Positions 1 to 9,066 of a stretch of DNA of 64,000 nt are shown here, one piece after another (within the stretch, counting starts at the first letter, position 1; each line of letters opens with the position of its first letter). Source of the stretch: Bdellovibrionales bacterium (GTDB lineage: Bacteria; Bdellovibrionota; Bdellovibrionia; Bdellovibrionales; JAGQZY01); the NCBI GenBank assembly GCA_964230645.1, contig CAXRHT010000003.1, positions 352,001-416,000 of the forward strand, written 5' to 3'. The translations under genes and the position numbers were made by a program. The notes under the pieces are model-generated. The model searched no databases, was not told the DNA's origin, and worked only from the letters and a program-made list of their open reading frames with translations.

Positions 1-511
1 AAATAAAATATCTACAACCTTTCTACTTGTAGCGATCGGTCTTTTTGGCTTCAATGCTATGGCTCAGACCCAAGCTTTTTCATTAGAAAGTAAGGTAAAG
101 CAAATTTTAGAGCCCTTTCAATGTAAAACAGAACAATCAAATCACAGCAGTAAAATTAGGCTCTGTCACCTTAAAGAAGATACTAGTAAAACTTTTCGGT
201 TAAGCTATTTTGAAGGTGCTGACAGCTTATCTTTTTCACTCGAATTTAAAAATAATATGTCGGTAGCAGATTTCAAAATTTCATTTGAAGAGATCGCTGA
301 TGTTATGCTTCCGGCGTTGATGAGTGCCTGGCCGGAAACAGGGGGCAGCGTTCTTTGCTTTAATAATTCAGGATCGATTCGCCCTCCTGAAATAAATCCT
401 GAAGCACTGTTTGTTGATTCCTATGTGTCGAATCAAGTCCAGGCTCAAAACTCTTCTTTTATTCAGATTCTTGATCGTGGTTTTAGTTTCAGGCAATGTT
501 TTATTGCTTAA
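1..511 (+). CDS. Hypothetical secreted protein, 5'-truncated by the window edge
   Basis: The frame of ORF 59..511 is open back to position 2 (NKISTTFLLVAIGLFGFNAMA-Q). This reads as a signal peptide with an A-M-A cleavage site, so the true start lies upstream of the window. Confidence 0.6.
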   Translation, partial: NKISTTFLLVAIGLFGFNAMAQTQAFSLESKVKQILEPFQCKTEQSNHSSKIRLCHLKEDTSKTFRLSYFEGADSLSFSLEFKNNMSVADFKISFEEIADVMLPALMSAWPETGGSVLCFNNSGSIRPPEINPEALFVDSYVSNQVQAQNSSFIQILDRGFSFRQCFIA

Positions 512-801
512 ATGAATCTAAAGCTTCCGAGATTCCTAATATATAAGTTATTGGTATGGAAGTGGCGGTTCTGCCACCCTTCTACAGGGTACCGACACCG
601 CGAATTGTAATGGTTTTTTCAAAAGGCGTGTACAGGCATTCTGAAAAGGAAGCCCGCCAAAGAGGCGAGAGTTTGTAGAGATCCTTGATAAAGCGACAGT
701 GGTCGCTTTGTCATCCTAGCAATATTTTCAATTTTGGAAAATAGGCTTTAGGAATTGAAATGGGTGTCCTAATCTTTCGGGAACTTAACCAAGGAGTTCC
801 C

Positions 802-1179
802 ATGAAAGCCTTCTCACTATTAGTACTCATTTCTCTGACAAGCTCTTTTGCTCAAGCTCAAGATAATTCCTGCCAACAGGCATTAGAGGAGATGAATCAG
901 GTACGCGTAGAAAATATCGAAAACAAAGCGCAGATCTATGCGTTTCAGCAAATTTCTTGGGAAGCGCTCCAGATTTGTATGCAAGAAAACTTAGGGGAAA
1001 ACCAAGAGGCTTTCGCGCAGGTGGTTCAGGAAGCGAATGCTTGTCCTATGGGAGCAAAGAAAATAACCATAAAGCCAAGTGGAGAAATCATTCTCTCTGA
1101 TGAAGATGCGCAAGCCATGTTAGCTTTGTCTCAATGCACAGCTGAGCTTGCAGAGAGTGTTGGAAATAACGAGTATTGA
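802..1179 (+). CDS. Hypothetical secreted protein
   Basis: AAGGAG at 791-796 precedes ATG 802. MKAFSLLVLISLTSSFAQA is a signal peptide, followed by an acidic, helical mature part with 4 Cys. Confidence 0.65.
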   Translation: MKAFSLLVLISLTSSFAQAQDNSCQQALEEMNQVRVENIENKAQIYAFQQISWEALQICMQENLGENQEAFAQVVQEANACPMGAKKITIKPSGEIILSDEDAQAMLALSQCTAELAESVGNNEY

Positions 1180-1222
1180 TTTTTGAGCGAATTGATCTAT
1201 GCTCCTTTAAAAAGGAGTAAGT

Positions 1223-1489
1223 ATGGATATCGAAAAACTGAAAAATTGGGATAAGACTAAGGCCGATGATGGCAAAGAAGCCATCACAAAAAAGTTTAAG
1301 TTTGAAAATTTTAATGAGGCTTTTGGATTCATGACTCAAGTAGCGCTTAAAGCTGAAAAGATGAATCATCACCCCGAGTGGTTCAACGTTTATAATCAAG
1401 TAGAAGTCACTCTTACCACACATGACAAAGGTGGCTTAACTGATAATGATATGGAGCTTGCAGGCTTTATGGATCAGCTGAGACCCTAA
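1223..1489 (+). CDS. phhB: Pterin-4-alpha-carbinolamine dehydratase
   Basis: [22 protein letters not shown] and LTTHD.GGLT.ND motifs; AAGGAG RBS. Confidence 0.95.
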   Translation: MDIEKLKNWDKTKADDGKEAITKKFKFENFNEAFGFMTQVALKAEKMNHHPEWFNVYNQVEVTLTTHDKGGLTDNDMELAGFMDQLRP

Positions 1490-1490
1490 T

Positions 1491-1796
1491 TTAGAGATGA
1501 GGATGTTTTTTCTTGGAAGATTCGTCTTCCAGTTTGAGTCCTGAAGTTTTTTCTTTACGCTTCTTTAATTTCTCAACATCCTCTTCTTTTTCCACCTTAT
1601 CATTGACCGGAATTGTTTTATTTTGGTTGGTGGCGGATCGATTTTCCCCAGCAGGATTGGAATCTAGTGTTTGTTGCCCACGATTCATTTGGACAGCACC
1701 CTCCGTATCGATCTTTTTACCGTGATGATCGGCGATCGCTAGAGTGGCTAGAATCAGTAGCATTGAAAAGATTGATGCGATAATTTGGCTAAACAT
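1491..1796 (-). CDS. Hypothetical exported protein
   Basis: Hydrophobic N-terminus ending in A-I-A, charged low-complexity tail, GGAGG RBS upstream. Confidence 0.55.
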   Translation of the reverse strand: MFSQIIASIFSMLLILATLAIADHHGKKIDTEGAVQMNRGQQTLDSNPAGENRSATNQNKTIPVNDKVEKEEDVEKLKKRKEKTSGLKLEDESSKKKHPHL

Positions 1797-1975
1797 GCCA
1801 TACCTCCAATCCTAAAGTACTAAATCTCCAAGGAAAACTCTTGGACGACTCATGAAATTATCTTTTACAAAATACCACAAATGCTTTGGTCTAGGAAGAA
1901 ACCATTGAGAAGGGCAAATAGGCCCTCTGGCATAGGTTTCTTTCAAAGGCTCAGGTGATTTTTAATACTGTAAGC

Positions 1976-2452
1976 ATGAGAGTTATTATTCTGTTATCCC
2001 TTATTCTTTTTAAATGTCCCTTATTCGCTGGCACTGAAATCAACTTAAAGCTTCCCGATTTCTCTAACAAAATTAGCCATTTAAATATGACATTCCGAGT
2101 TTCGGTTCCCAAAGGACAGAAGATCACCCAAGGCCCAGATTCCCATATTCAATTTGAAAGCCATGCCAACGGTGAGTGGGAGGAGATTGGAAAAGTCAGC
2201 CTCAATGAGAGTTTGGACCTTTTTGGTCTTTCAAGACCGGTAAAATTCTCAACACCTATACAACAAGGAGTTTCGAAGCTTCGCTTGAAGGGTACCTTGT
2301 ACCATTGCCCAAAGCCTGACACGCCTCCTTCCTCAAAATCTTACTGTGTTATTCAAAACATAAAAGGACTCGCTCATTCCTCTGCTGAAGGAAAAAAAGA
2401 GCTCTACGCCCACATTAAGGGGACGATGATTGATCCAAATACCAATGACTAA
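1976..2452 (+). CDS. Hypothetical secreted protein with a C-terminal Cys pair
   Basis: The signal peptide MRVIILLSLILFKCPLFA suggests ATG 1976 rather than 1955. Beta-rich sequence with LYHC...YCVIQ. Confidence 0.55.
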   Translation: MRVIILLSLILFKCPLFAGTEINLKLPDFSNKISHLNMTFRVSVPKGQKITQGPDSHIQFESHANGEWEEIGKVSLNESLDLFGLSRPVKFSTPIQQGVSKLRLKGTLYHCPKPDTPPSSKSYCVIQNIKGLAHSSAEGKKELYAHIKGTMIDPNTND

Positions 2453-3401
2453 AATCTTGAAGGGCCTTTTCGGTTTTCACCCTTGGTTTGTAATCAAGGC
2501 GGGATTTCGCTTTTTCAATATTGAGAGTCATTGAAAAGGCAGCCACGCCCACTTTAATGGGAAGAAGGCTGGGCTCTTTTTTAGTTCCTAAAGCGTTTTG
2601 TAGGAATTCGTTAGCACGAGCCAGTGGCAGGATGAGAGAGAGTGGAATTCTTTTCCTTTTTCCATCCATTTTTACAACTGCTAAGGCATCTTCAATAAAA
2701 TCCCAAAGTTTCACAGGTTCATCATTGCTAATGTTATAGCTCTCACCAAAACGATCGGGCGGGGCTGTTAGAAGGTATTCGACAATATCGACAAGGTTTT
2801 CCACAGAGGTGAAATCAGTGATGTTTTCCCCCGTTCCTGGTTGGATGAGGAGATTTTTCTTTCTCATTTCAATAATGCGGGGGAGCCAGTTGGTGTCTCC
2901 TTTGCCAATCACACCGCGGGGACGAAGAGACACCGTGAGAAAGGAAGGGCTATTGTATTCAGAAACCTTTTTCTCAGCGAGATATTTTGTTTCAGCATAA
3001 GCGTTAGAAAACTTTGGGGGGATGTCGTCTTCCTTTAAATTGAATTGGTCTTTGTATTGAAAATATATGGAGGGAGAAGAGAAATTAATAAAACGCTTCA
3101 CCCCTGAATCTTTACAGGCACCCAACAAGTTCTCTGTAGCATCGACATTGGCTGTTTTGAAAGAATCGAAAGAACCCCAAGCTCCCGCCTTTCCGGCACA
3201 GTGGATAACGGCGTCACATTTTTTCACCAGTTTTTTGATATGCTCAAGGGAGGTTAGGTCTCCTCTTAAGTAGGTAAAAGATGGGGCTTCAAACAGCGAG
3301 GGACTTCGACCTGTTCCCAGAACCTGGTGACCTTTTTTGAGTAGACGATGACATATTTCTTTTCCAATAAACCCATTGGAGCCTGTGACAAGTATTTGCA
3401 T
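2415..3401 (-). CDS. NAD-dependent epimerase/dehydratase (extended SDR, 3-beta-HSD/OleD-like)
   Basis: TGSNGFIG Rossmann motif, HCAGKAGAWG, SSPSIY, catalytic YAETK, LRPRGVIG.GD. Confidence 0.9.
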   Translation of the reverse strand: MQILVTGSNGFIGKEICHRLLKKGHQVLGTGRSPSLFEAPSFTYLRGDLTSLEHIKKLVKKCDAVIHCAGKAGAWGSFDSFKTANVDATENLLGACKDSGVKRFINFSSPSIYFQYKDQFNLKEDDIPPKFSNAYAETKYLAEKKVSEYNSPSFLTVSLRPRGVIGKGDTNWLPRIIEMRKKNLLIQPGTGENITDFTSVENLVDIVEYLLTAPPDRFGESYNISNDEPVKLWDFIEDALAVVKMDGKRKRIPLSLILPLARANEFLQNALGTKKEPSLLPIKVGVAAFSMTLNIEKAKSRLDYKPRVKTEKALQDFSHWYLDQSSSP

Positions 3402-3429
3402 TAGGGAACCCTGATTGAGGTTTGAGCTA

Positions 3430-4443
3430 TTAGTGTTCGATTGGGCTCCATTGGCGGCCCAGTCGAATGATTTTTTCTAGCAGACTTTTATAGGTGTAGC
3501 CTTGCTTTTTTGCACTATTGGAAAAATCGTCAAATTCAGAGATGTCTGGATTGGGATTGGCTTCAAGGATATAGGCTTTGCCTTCTTCATTAACCCGCAG
3601 GTCCATTCTGGCATATCCACTAAGGCCCAAGGCTTTGTAGGCTCTCTTTGCTAACTTTTGCAGTTCTTTGCACTTTTCCTCGGACAATTCGGCAGGGCCT
3701 GTGGAGATTCCTTTTCTTCCTCTATACTCTTCGTTGAATTTAGCCGCTGAGGAATAGAATTCCCTTTCAGGATGTTCTGATTGATTGAATTTAAGTTGCC
3801 AGACCGGAAGGGTTTCTAAACGATAATTTCCTAAAACACCGACGTAATACTCTTGGCCTGCAATGAACTGTTCGGCGATGGCATCGGTATAGAATTTTTT
3901 ATGGATGTATTCAACCCGCTCCCGTAGTTTTTCTTCATTGTGAACAACCGAAGCCTGCGAAAGTCCAAGTGAGGCTTCCTCGTTTAAGCATTTAACGATA
4001 ATTGGAAAACTCTTTAAAGTGAGTTTTCTTTTCGGGCTGTTACGAGGGAAAACTTGGAACTTCGCTGTGGGAATTTTATGATAAGAGAGAATCTTTTTAG
4101 AAAGAGCTTTGTCTCTTCCAATAATTAATCCTTTAGGATTCGAGCCCGTGTAGGGAGTACCCAACAACTCAAGATAGCTAACCACGTTTTGATCAAAGAC
4201 AGCCTCACCTTTGAACTCTTCAAGAAGATTAAAAATAATATGAGGATCAAATTCCTTTATATGACTTCGGATCCGTTTGAGGCTATCGGTCACTCCAAGC
4301 ATCTTTACATCGTGGCCAAGCTCCGTGAGTGCTTTTTTAACATCATACTCGGTGACCCATTCGATTTTGGCCCAATCCAACTCTTTTTCGACAACGTCTT
4401 CTGGAGGGATTAAGTCAGTGTGGACAAGAATGAGTATTCTCAT
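3430..4443 (-). CDS. D-Ala-D-Ala-ligase-like ATP-grasp protein (non-canonical)
   Basis: PYTGS, DKALSK, FPIIVK, AEQFIAGQEY, GYARMDLR and LEANPNP motifs. Lacks the GGxSxEH and LHG..GEDG motifs of true Ddl. Confidence 0.85.
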   Translation of the reverse strand: MRILILVHTDLIPPEDVVEKELDWAKIEWVTEYDVKKALTELGHDVKMLGVTDSLKRIRSHIKEFDPHIIFNLLEEFKGEAVFDQNVVSYLELLGTPYTGSNPKGLIIGRDKALSKKILSYHKIPTAKFQVFPRNSPKRKLTLKSFPIIVKCLNEEASLGLSQASVVHNEEKLRERVEYIHKKFYTDAIAEQFIAGQEYYVGVLGNYRLETLPVWQLKFNQSEHPEREFYSSAAKFNEEYRGRKGISTGPAELSEEKCKELQKLAKRAYKALGLSGYARMDLRVNEEGKAYILEANPNPDISEFDDFSNSAKKQGYTYKSLLEKIIRLGRQWSPIEH

Positions 4444-4445
4444 GT

Positions 4446-5471
4446 TTACATCGCTATCTTATGGTGACCTGAGTTTATGTAATTAAGAGTTTGAGCTGTC
4501 AGCATTCCCACTAAATCCAAGCGAGTTTCTTTTTCGGATTTGGTTAAACGCAATTTCTTTTCCTGACAGCTCACAATAACCTCTTGAAGCATCTGATCAA
4601 TGGTGTACTTATACTGACCCGTCCAACGAGCCACCTGATCTCTAATAAGTTTACGCTCCCCGCGAATAAATTGGGAGGCTAATTTCTTTTTTTTGTACTG
4701 AGGGCTGTTGGAGAACAAACGAAACAGCAAGGGATCTAGGTAGAAAGGCTGGTCTAGTCCTAGTTCGTCCACTTTCTCTGAGTAATAGGTTTTAACTTTT
4801 CGACGGCTGGAATCGATTTTTCCAGGCTCTTCTTTTTTGCGTACAGGTGGTTTTTGGTGAGCAATCTCTTGCATCATCTCATCAACGAGCTTCAATTTTT
4901 TGAGAGCGGGCCAGTGTGAGTAGCGTTTTTTCCAGTTGGATTTTGGGTTGAGCCAAACGGCAAAGGTTTCCGCCCAATCCTCATCAGGGTGAGCTTGCGC
5001 GTACCAGGAGTTTAAATGCACAACGAATTTACGGGAGTAAGCTTTAGGAGCGTATTCCTCAGGATAGGGAGTGGAGGAGAGACCAAAAAGCTTTTGTCTT
5101 TTCCTGGATTTTCGCAATCTGTAAGCGTTGTCGATCGCGTGACCGGCTTCATGTCTGAGAAGTTTTATACAATTTCTTTCAGCGTAACCTTCTACATCGA
5201 ACATAATTTTTTTGTGAAGTTTCGCCAGACGTTCATTCACAACAAAAAAGGGAATGGCGATACCAGGAATACCATCAACCGAATACCAATCCTCTGAAAC
5301 CCACACGTGGGGACGAAAGCTGAGTCCTTTGGCCTCCAAGTCGTCGTAGAGTCTTTGTACTAAGGGCTCAATGCGACTTCCTTCAATCTTGAGGTCGAGA
5401 TCTGAGAACTTCAACTCCATAATTTCTTTATCAGAAAGGCTTTCCCACGAATGTTTGTTTCTTTTAGGCAT
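4446..5471 (-). CDS. Putative zinc-binding metallopeptidase (zincin, Peptidase_Mx-like)
   Basis: LRHEAGH (HExxH) and YAQAHPDEDWAETFAVWL motifs. Confidence 0.85.
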   Translation of the reverse strand: MPKRNKHSWESLSDKEIMELKFSDLDLKIEGSRIEPLVQRLYDDLEAKGLSFRPHVWVSEDWYSVDGIPGIAIPFFVVNERLAKLHKKIMFDVEGYAERNCIKLLRHEAGHAIDNAYRLRKSRKRQKLFGLSSTPYPEEYAPKAYSRKFVVHLNSWYAQAHPDEDWAETFAVWLNPKSNWKKRYSHWPALKKLKLVDEMMQEIAHQKPPVRKKEEPGKIDSSRRKVKTYYSEKVDELGLDQPFYLDPLLFRLFSNSPQYKKKKLASQFIRGERKLIRDQVARWTGQYKYTIDQMLQEVIVSCQEKKLRLTKSEKETRLDLVGMLTAQTLNYINSGHHKIAM

Positions 5472-5517
5472 ATAGAAAGTCTAACGAGATAAGAAAAAGC
5501 TGTCATATTGAGCTGCA

Positions 5518-6168
5518 CTATAATTGCGGTCGGTAGTGACCGGTAATTTTCCAGGTAAAGAGGACATCCTCTATTTTTGCGCCCCAACCAATATTGTGAA
5601 CAACGAGGGGGCGTCCTGACACAGATCGGTCAATAAGAATGCCAATGTGATCGCGCCCATTAAACAATTTCCAGGTAACGATATCCCCAGCGTGGTAGTC
5701 TGTTGAGGTTTCGCTCACTTTTTTCTGCCATCCTTTTTCAATAAAAAAAGTTTGTAAATTAGGAACTCTTCTATGATCAATATTCTTATCAGGACTCTTA
5801 AGGCCCCAATTGTTCGGGTATTTTTTAAAATTTTTGAGCATGCTTTCGTGCAGCTCTTTTTGCAAATCAAAGTCCACAGATCTTAAAGCTCTAATTACGA
5901 CATCGGTACAAACACCGGTGCTAAGGCTCACATCACCACCGGGGTAATCAAGAGCTTTGTAACTTGAGTCATAGGAAGTTGTAACGCCGATCTGTGCTTT
6001 AGCGGCTTTGATGATCGTTCTTGTTTTCTCAGAAAGGTTTTTGATGGAAATTTTCTTTTCTAATAAGGAGGGGTAAGCCCAGCAGTGGAACAAAACTAGG
6101 CTTAGAGAAGAGCAGATGAGAAGAATCGCGAAGTTTCTCCGTCCTTTTTGGCTGAAATCACTCATCAC
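5518..6168 (-). CDS. DUF1287 (YijF-like) protein
   Basis: YD.SY..LDYPGGDV, GVCTDVVIRALR, DKNIDHRRVPNL, HIGI and HNIG.G motifs; N-terminal hydrophobic anchor. Confidence 0.9.
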   Translation of the reverse strand: MMSDFSQKGRRNFAILLICSSLSLVLFHCWAYPSLLEKKISIKNLSEKTRTIIKAAKAQIGVTTSYDSSYKALDYPGGDVSLSTGVCTDVVIRALRSVDFDLQKELHESMLKNFKKYPNNWGLKSPDKNIDHRRVPNLQTFFIEKGWQKKVSETSTDYHAGDIVTWKLFNGRDHIGILIDRSVSGRPLVVHNIGWGAKIEDVLFTWKITGHYRPQL

Positions 6169-6290
6169 TCTATTTTGCCATTACTTTTAAGATAAAGAAG
6201 ACAACCTCGGCTGAGTGGTTAAATTGAGGATTTGAATGGAAACTGGCAACAGAGATTGACCGGTACGAATTAAACCTCTACCTTTGTTTT

Positions 6291-6710
6291 ATGTCAGACT
6301 TAAACTTAGAAAAAGAAATGAAAGTTTTTACAGATGGTGCAAGCCGAGGGAATCCAGGGCCCGCAGCAGTGGGTGTGGTTTTCTACGATATGAAGGGCGA
6401 ATGCATCGGTGAATACAAAGAGGCGCTTGGCTCACAGACGAACAATTACGCTGAGTATATGGCGGTGATTCGAGCTCTTGAAATTTGCAAAGAAAAGTCT
6501 GTGGAAAAATTAGATTTCTATTGTGATAGCCAATTATTGGTGAAGCAAATGTTGGGTGAGTACAAAGTCAAATCTCCCCAAATTATACCGCTTTTTGAAC
6601 GAGCCAAGGAACTCACCAGCTATTTTAAAAAAGTGGGATACCATCATGTTCGTAGAGAACAGAATAAAGAAGCCGACGCGCTTGCCAATCGAGCTTTGGA
6701 TTCACTCTAA
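6291..6710 (+). CDS. rnhA: Ribonuclease HI
   Basis: FTDGASRGNPGPA, TNNYAEY, CDSQL and REQNKEADALAN motifs. Confidence 0.92.
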   Translation: MSDLNLEKEMKVFTDGASRGNPGPAAVGVVFYDMKGECIGEYKEALGSQTNNYAEYMAVIRALEICKEKSVEKLDFYCDSQLLVKQMLGEYKVKSPQIIPLFERAKELTSYFKKVGYHHVRREQNKEADALANRALDSL

Positions 6711-7199
6711 AGGAAAATCAGATCATTAGTGAGTAGCTAATGAGGCCAATCACGCTTAGAGCGACAATTTTGAATGCAAATTTTGGTCTTTTTTGTTTCA
6801 TTAACGTCCTACCTACAGTCTACAAATAACCTATCGGCAAATTCCTTCAGGACTTTAGAAAGAGTCAAAATCTTGGATATTTTTCTCAAATTGAAAAGCT
6901 TTGAGGTTTTAGAATTTACCCCATAGCTAATGGAAGCAGGAACTTTAATAGGGCCCACTGTTGCGTTTCCCAGAACCTTCCAACAGATCGAAATCACCTA
7001 TTAATCTCAGCCACTTCAGATCTTGTAGAATTGCTTTGGTAAAGTTTGAGACCCAGCCCATATTAGAAGAGATAAATAATTTCAACCACTTAGACTTAGT
7101 CACCGAGTGCCTCAGTTATCACCACAAGCAGTAAAAACTCTATAATGTTTCCAAAAGTGGTGTGACTTTAGCCTCACTTCTGGTAGAAAGTTAAGTTAT

Positions 7200-7531
7200 T
7201 GGATTGACAGGCTATTGCACTAAAAAATTCATTTTTTAGTGAGGAAAGTCCGGGCTTCACAGGCCGCGCAAGGGGTAACGCCCCTCCACCGTAAGGTGAG
7301 GACCAGTGGAACAGAGAGAATGTCCAGCGCTATGATCCTTTCACCGGGAACGGGAGGTGAATGGGGAGCGGCTGGAGTGAAAGCAGCTAAACTCTGCGTG
7401 AAGCAAGATCAAATAGGAAAGCGCTTGAGTGTGGCCGCACGAAGCTTTCGGGTTGATCGCTTAAGGCCTTCGGTAACGAAGGTCTCAGATGAATGATAGC
7501 CCTCGACAGAACCCGGCTTATCGTTGGTCCA
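7200..7531 (+). ncRNA. rnpB: RNase P RNA (type A-like)
   Basis: Conserved GAGGAAAGTCCGGGC at 7241, ACAGAGAG, GTGAAA and ACAGAACCCGGCTTA near 7506. The P1 helix pairs TGGATTGAC (7200) with GTTGGTCCA (to 7531). P8, P9 and P15-P18 stems are identifiable. Confidence 0.97.
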
Positions 7532-7537
7532 TAGAAT

Positions 7538-7577
7538 GCCGCACTCCCTTTATGGGGGTGCGGTGTTCAAATTTTTT
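7538..7577. terminator. Probable intrinsic terminator between rnpB and the convergent ABC transporter
   Basis: GCCGCACTCCC / GGGGGTGCGGT stem followed by a T-rich run. Confidence 0.65.
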
Positions 7578-9066
7578 AAATCGCTTTAGTAAAATATCGA
7601 TCTGCCATTGAAAAGAGAAAATCCACGAGGATAGCAAGAAGTGCTGCTGGGATGGCCCCTTGTAAAACCATATTAGTATCGTTGAGAGCTAGGCCCGTAA
7701 CGATGGGAACTCCTAAGCCACCAGCCCCAATAAAGGCCGCTAAAGTGGCTGTTCCAATATTAAGAATGGTGGCCGTACGAATTCCTGCCATAATGGTTGG
7801 AAACGCTAGTGGTAATTTTACCGAGAAAAAGATTTCAAAAGGATAAAGTCCAATTCCTTTGGCTGAAGTAATTAGTCTTGGGTCAATGCTTGTCATCGCA
7901 GTATGAGTGTTTCGAAGAATGGGAAGAAGTGAATAAATAAAAAGTCCGATAATCGCTGGAGTAAAACCGATTCCGAAAAATGGGATCATAAAAGTAAGCA
8001 GTGCTATGGATGGGATTGTTTGTAGTACTCCGGTAAATCCCAGAACGTACTTTGAAAAAGTGGCTCGACCAGAGATTACAGTTGCTAGTGGAACAGCCAC
8101 AAGAGTAGCGAGCAAGACCGCTAGTCCTGTTAAAAACAAGTGGTTCTTGGTTTGGGTGAGCATTCGAGACCACTGAATGGATTTGGTGGCGCTGTAGGAA
8201 CCACCTTCAGAAACCAAACCGTCTTCTGTTAAAAATTTATTCGCAACGAAGGGAATCGGTTTTCCATCGTTGACCATACCAGTGAGCTTGCGAATCCTTT
8301 GGTCGTCAATGCGTCCAGCAAGAGAATTTAGAAGCTTTCTTACCTCAGTGGGGATTTGATCGTGAACCAATGGAACGGCCAGATATTTTGGAAAGAACTT
8401 TTCATTGTCCTCAAGCACTTTGAAATTGTATTTTTCCACCAGTGGTTCGGTGGTGTAGGCTTCTGCAAAATCCACGCGATCATTTCTTAGTGCCTCATAG
8501 TTGAGAGGCACGTCCAAGTTAGTTAAAGGATTCTTGAGGGAGTAAAGCTTCTTTAGTCCCTGCCAGCCGTCTGTCCTTTCTTGAAATTCAAAACTCACCG
8601 CGCCTCTGAGCTCTGGATGATCCTTTAAATCGGAGATGGTCTCAATCCCTAACTCGTTTGCCAGTTCGGGCTTCATAACAAGACTGTAGCTGTTGTTAAG
8701 TCCTAAAGGTTTAAGCATCTCTAGGTTATGTTTTTTCAATCGTTGATTGATGCCGACAAAGTCTTGCACTTCGGTTTTTATAATCGACTGCGCGATCGTG
8801 CCAGAATAATCGGGGTAGACATCAAGTTCGTGGGTTTTTAGGGCGTAAAAAGCAGCCACAGACCCACCCATACTGAACTTTCTAACAACGGGATAGCCGT
8901 TATCTTCGAGCAGTTGAGCAAAGATTTCTGCGATAATGAAATTTTCGCTAAACCGCTTGGATCCAACAGTGATTGTGGGCTTGTCGTCACTAGCCTGGGT
9001 AAAGTTTAGAGGAGATAGAACGAGAAAAGCGAAAAGAATCATGCCGTTCAAAGCTTTAGAGAGCAC
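7576..9066 (-). CDS. Osmoprotectant (glycine betaine/choline/ergothioneine-type) ABC transporter, fused substrate-binding and permease protein
   Basis: Signal peptide; OpuAC/OsmF-type binding domain (VGSKRFSE, YPDYSGT, NNSY, FPKY); C-terminal permease (LQTIPSIAL, LPILRNT, LAAFIGAGGLG). Confidence 0.9.
   Translation of the reverse strand: MLSKALNGMILFAFLVLSPLNFTQASDDKPTITVGSKRFSENFIIAEIFAQLLEDNGYPVVRKFSMGGSVAAFYALKTHELDVYPDYSGTIAQSIIKTEVQDFVGINQRLKKHNLEMLKPLGLNNSYSLVMKPELANELGIETISDLKDHPELRGAVSFEFQERTDGWQGLKKLYSLKNPLTNLDVPLNYEALRNDRVDFAEAYTTEPLVEKYNFKVLEDNEKFFPKYLAVPLVHDQIPTEVRKLLNSLAGRIDDQRIRKLTGMVNDGKPIPFVANKFLTEDGLVSEGGSYSATKSIQWSRMLTQTKNHLFLTGLAVLLATLVAVPLATVISGRATFSKYVLGFTGVLQTIPSIALLTFMIPFFGIGFTPAIIGLFIYSLLPILRNTHTAMTSIDPRLITSAKGIGLYPFEIFFSVKLPLAFPTIMAGIRTATILNIGTATLAAFIGAGGLGVPIVTGLALNDTNMVLQGAIPAALLAILVDFLFSMADRYFTKAI

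Noticed and set aside
3430..4443. Calling this gene ddl or a van-type resistance ligase
   Set aside because: It lacks the D-Ala subsite motifs and has no mur/fts or van context.
6711..7199. Long rnhA-rnpB intergenic region with a 62-aa minus-strand ORF and an IHF-like TTTCAACCACTTA
   Set aside because: No recognisable family or convincing structure. A single IHF-like match in a promoter region is unremarkable.
7239..7496. 85-aa ORF (MRKVRASQ...)
   Set aside because: It lies wholly within the RNase P RNA gene, a typical spurious translation.
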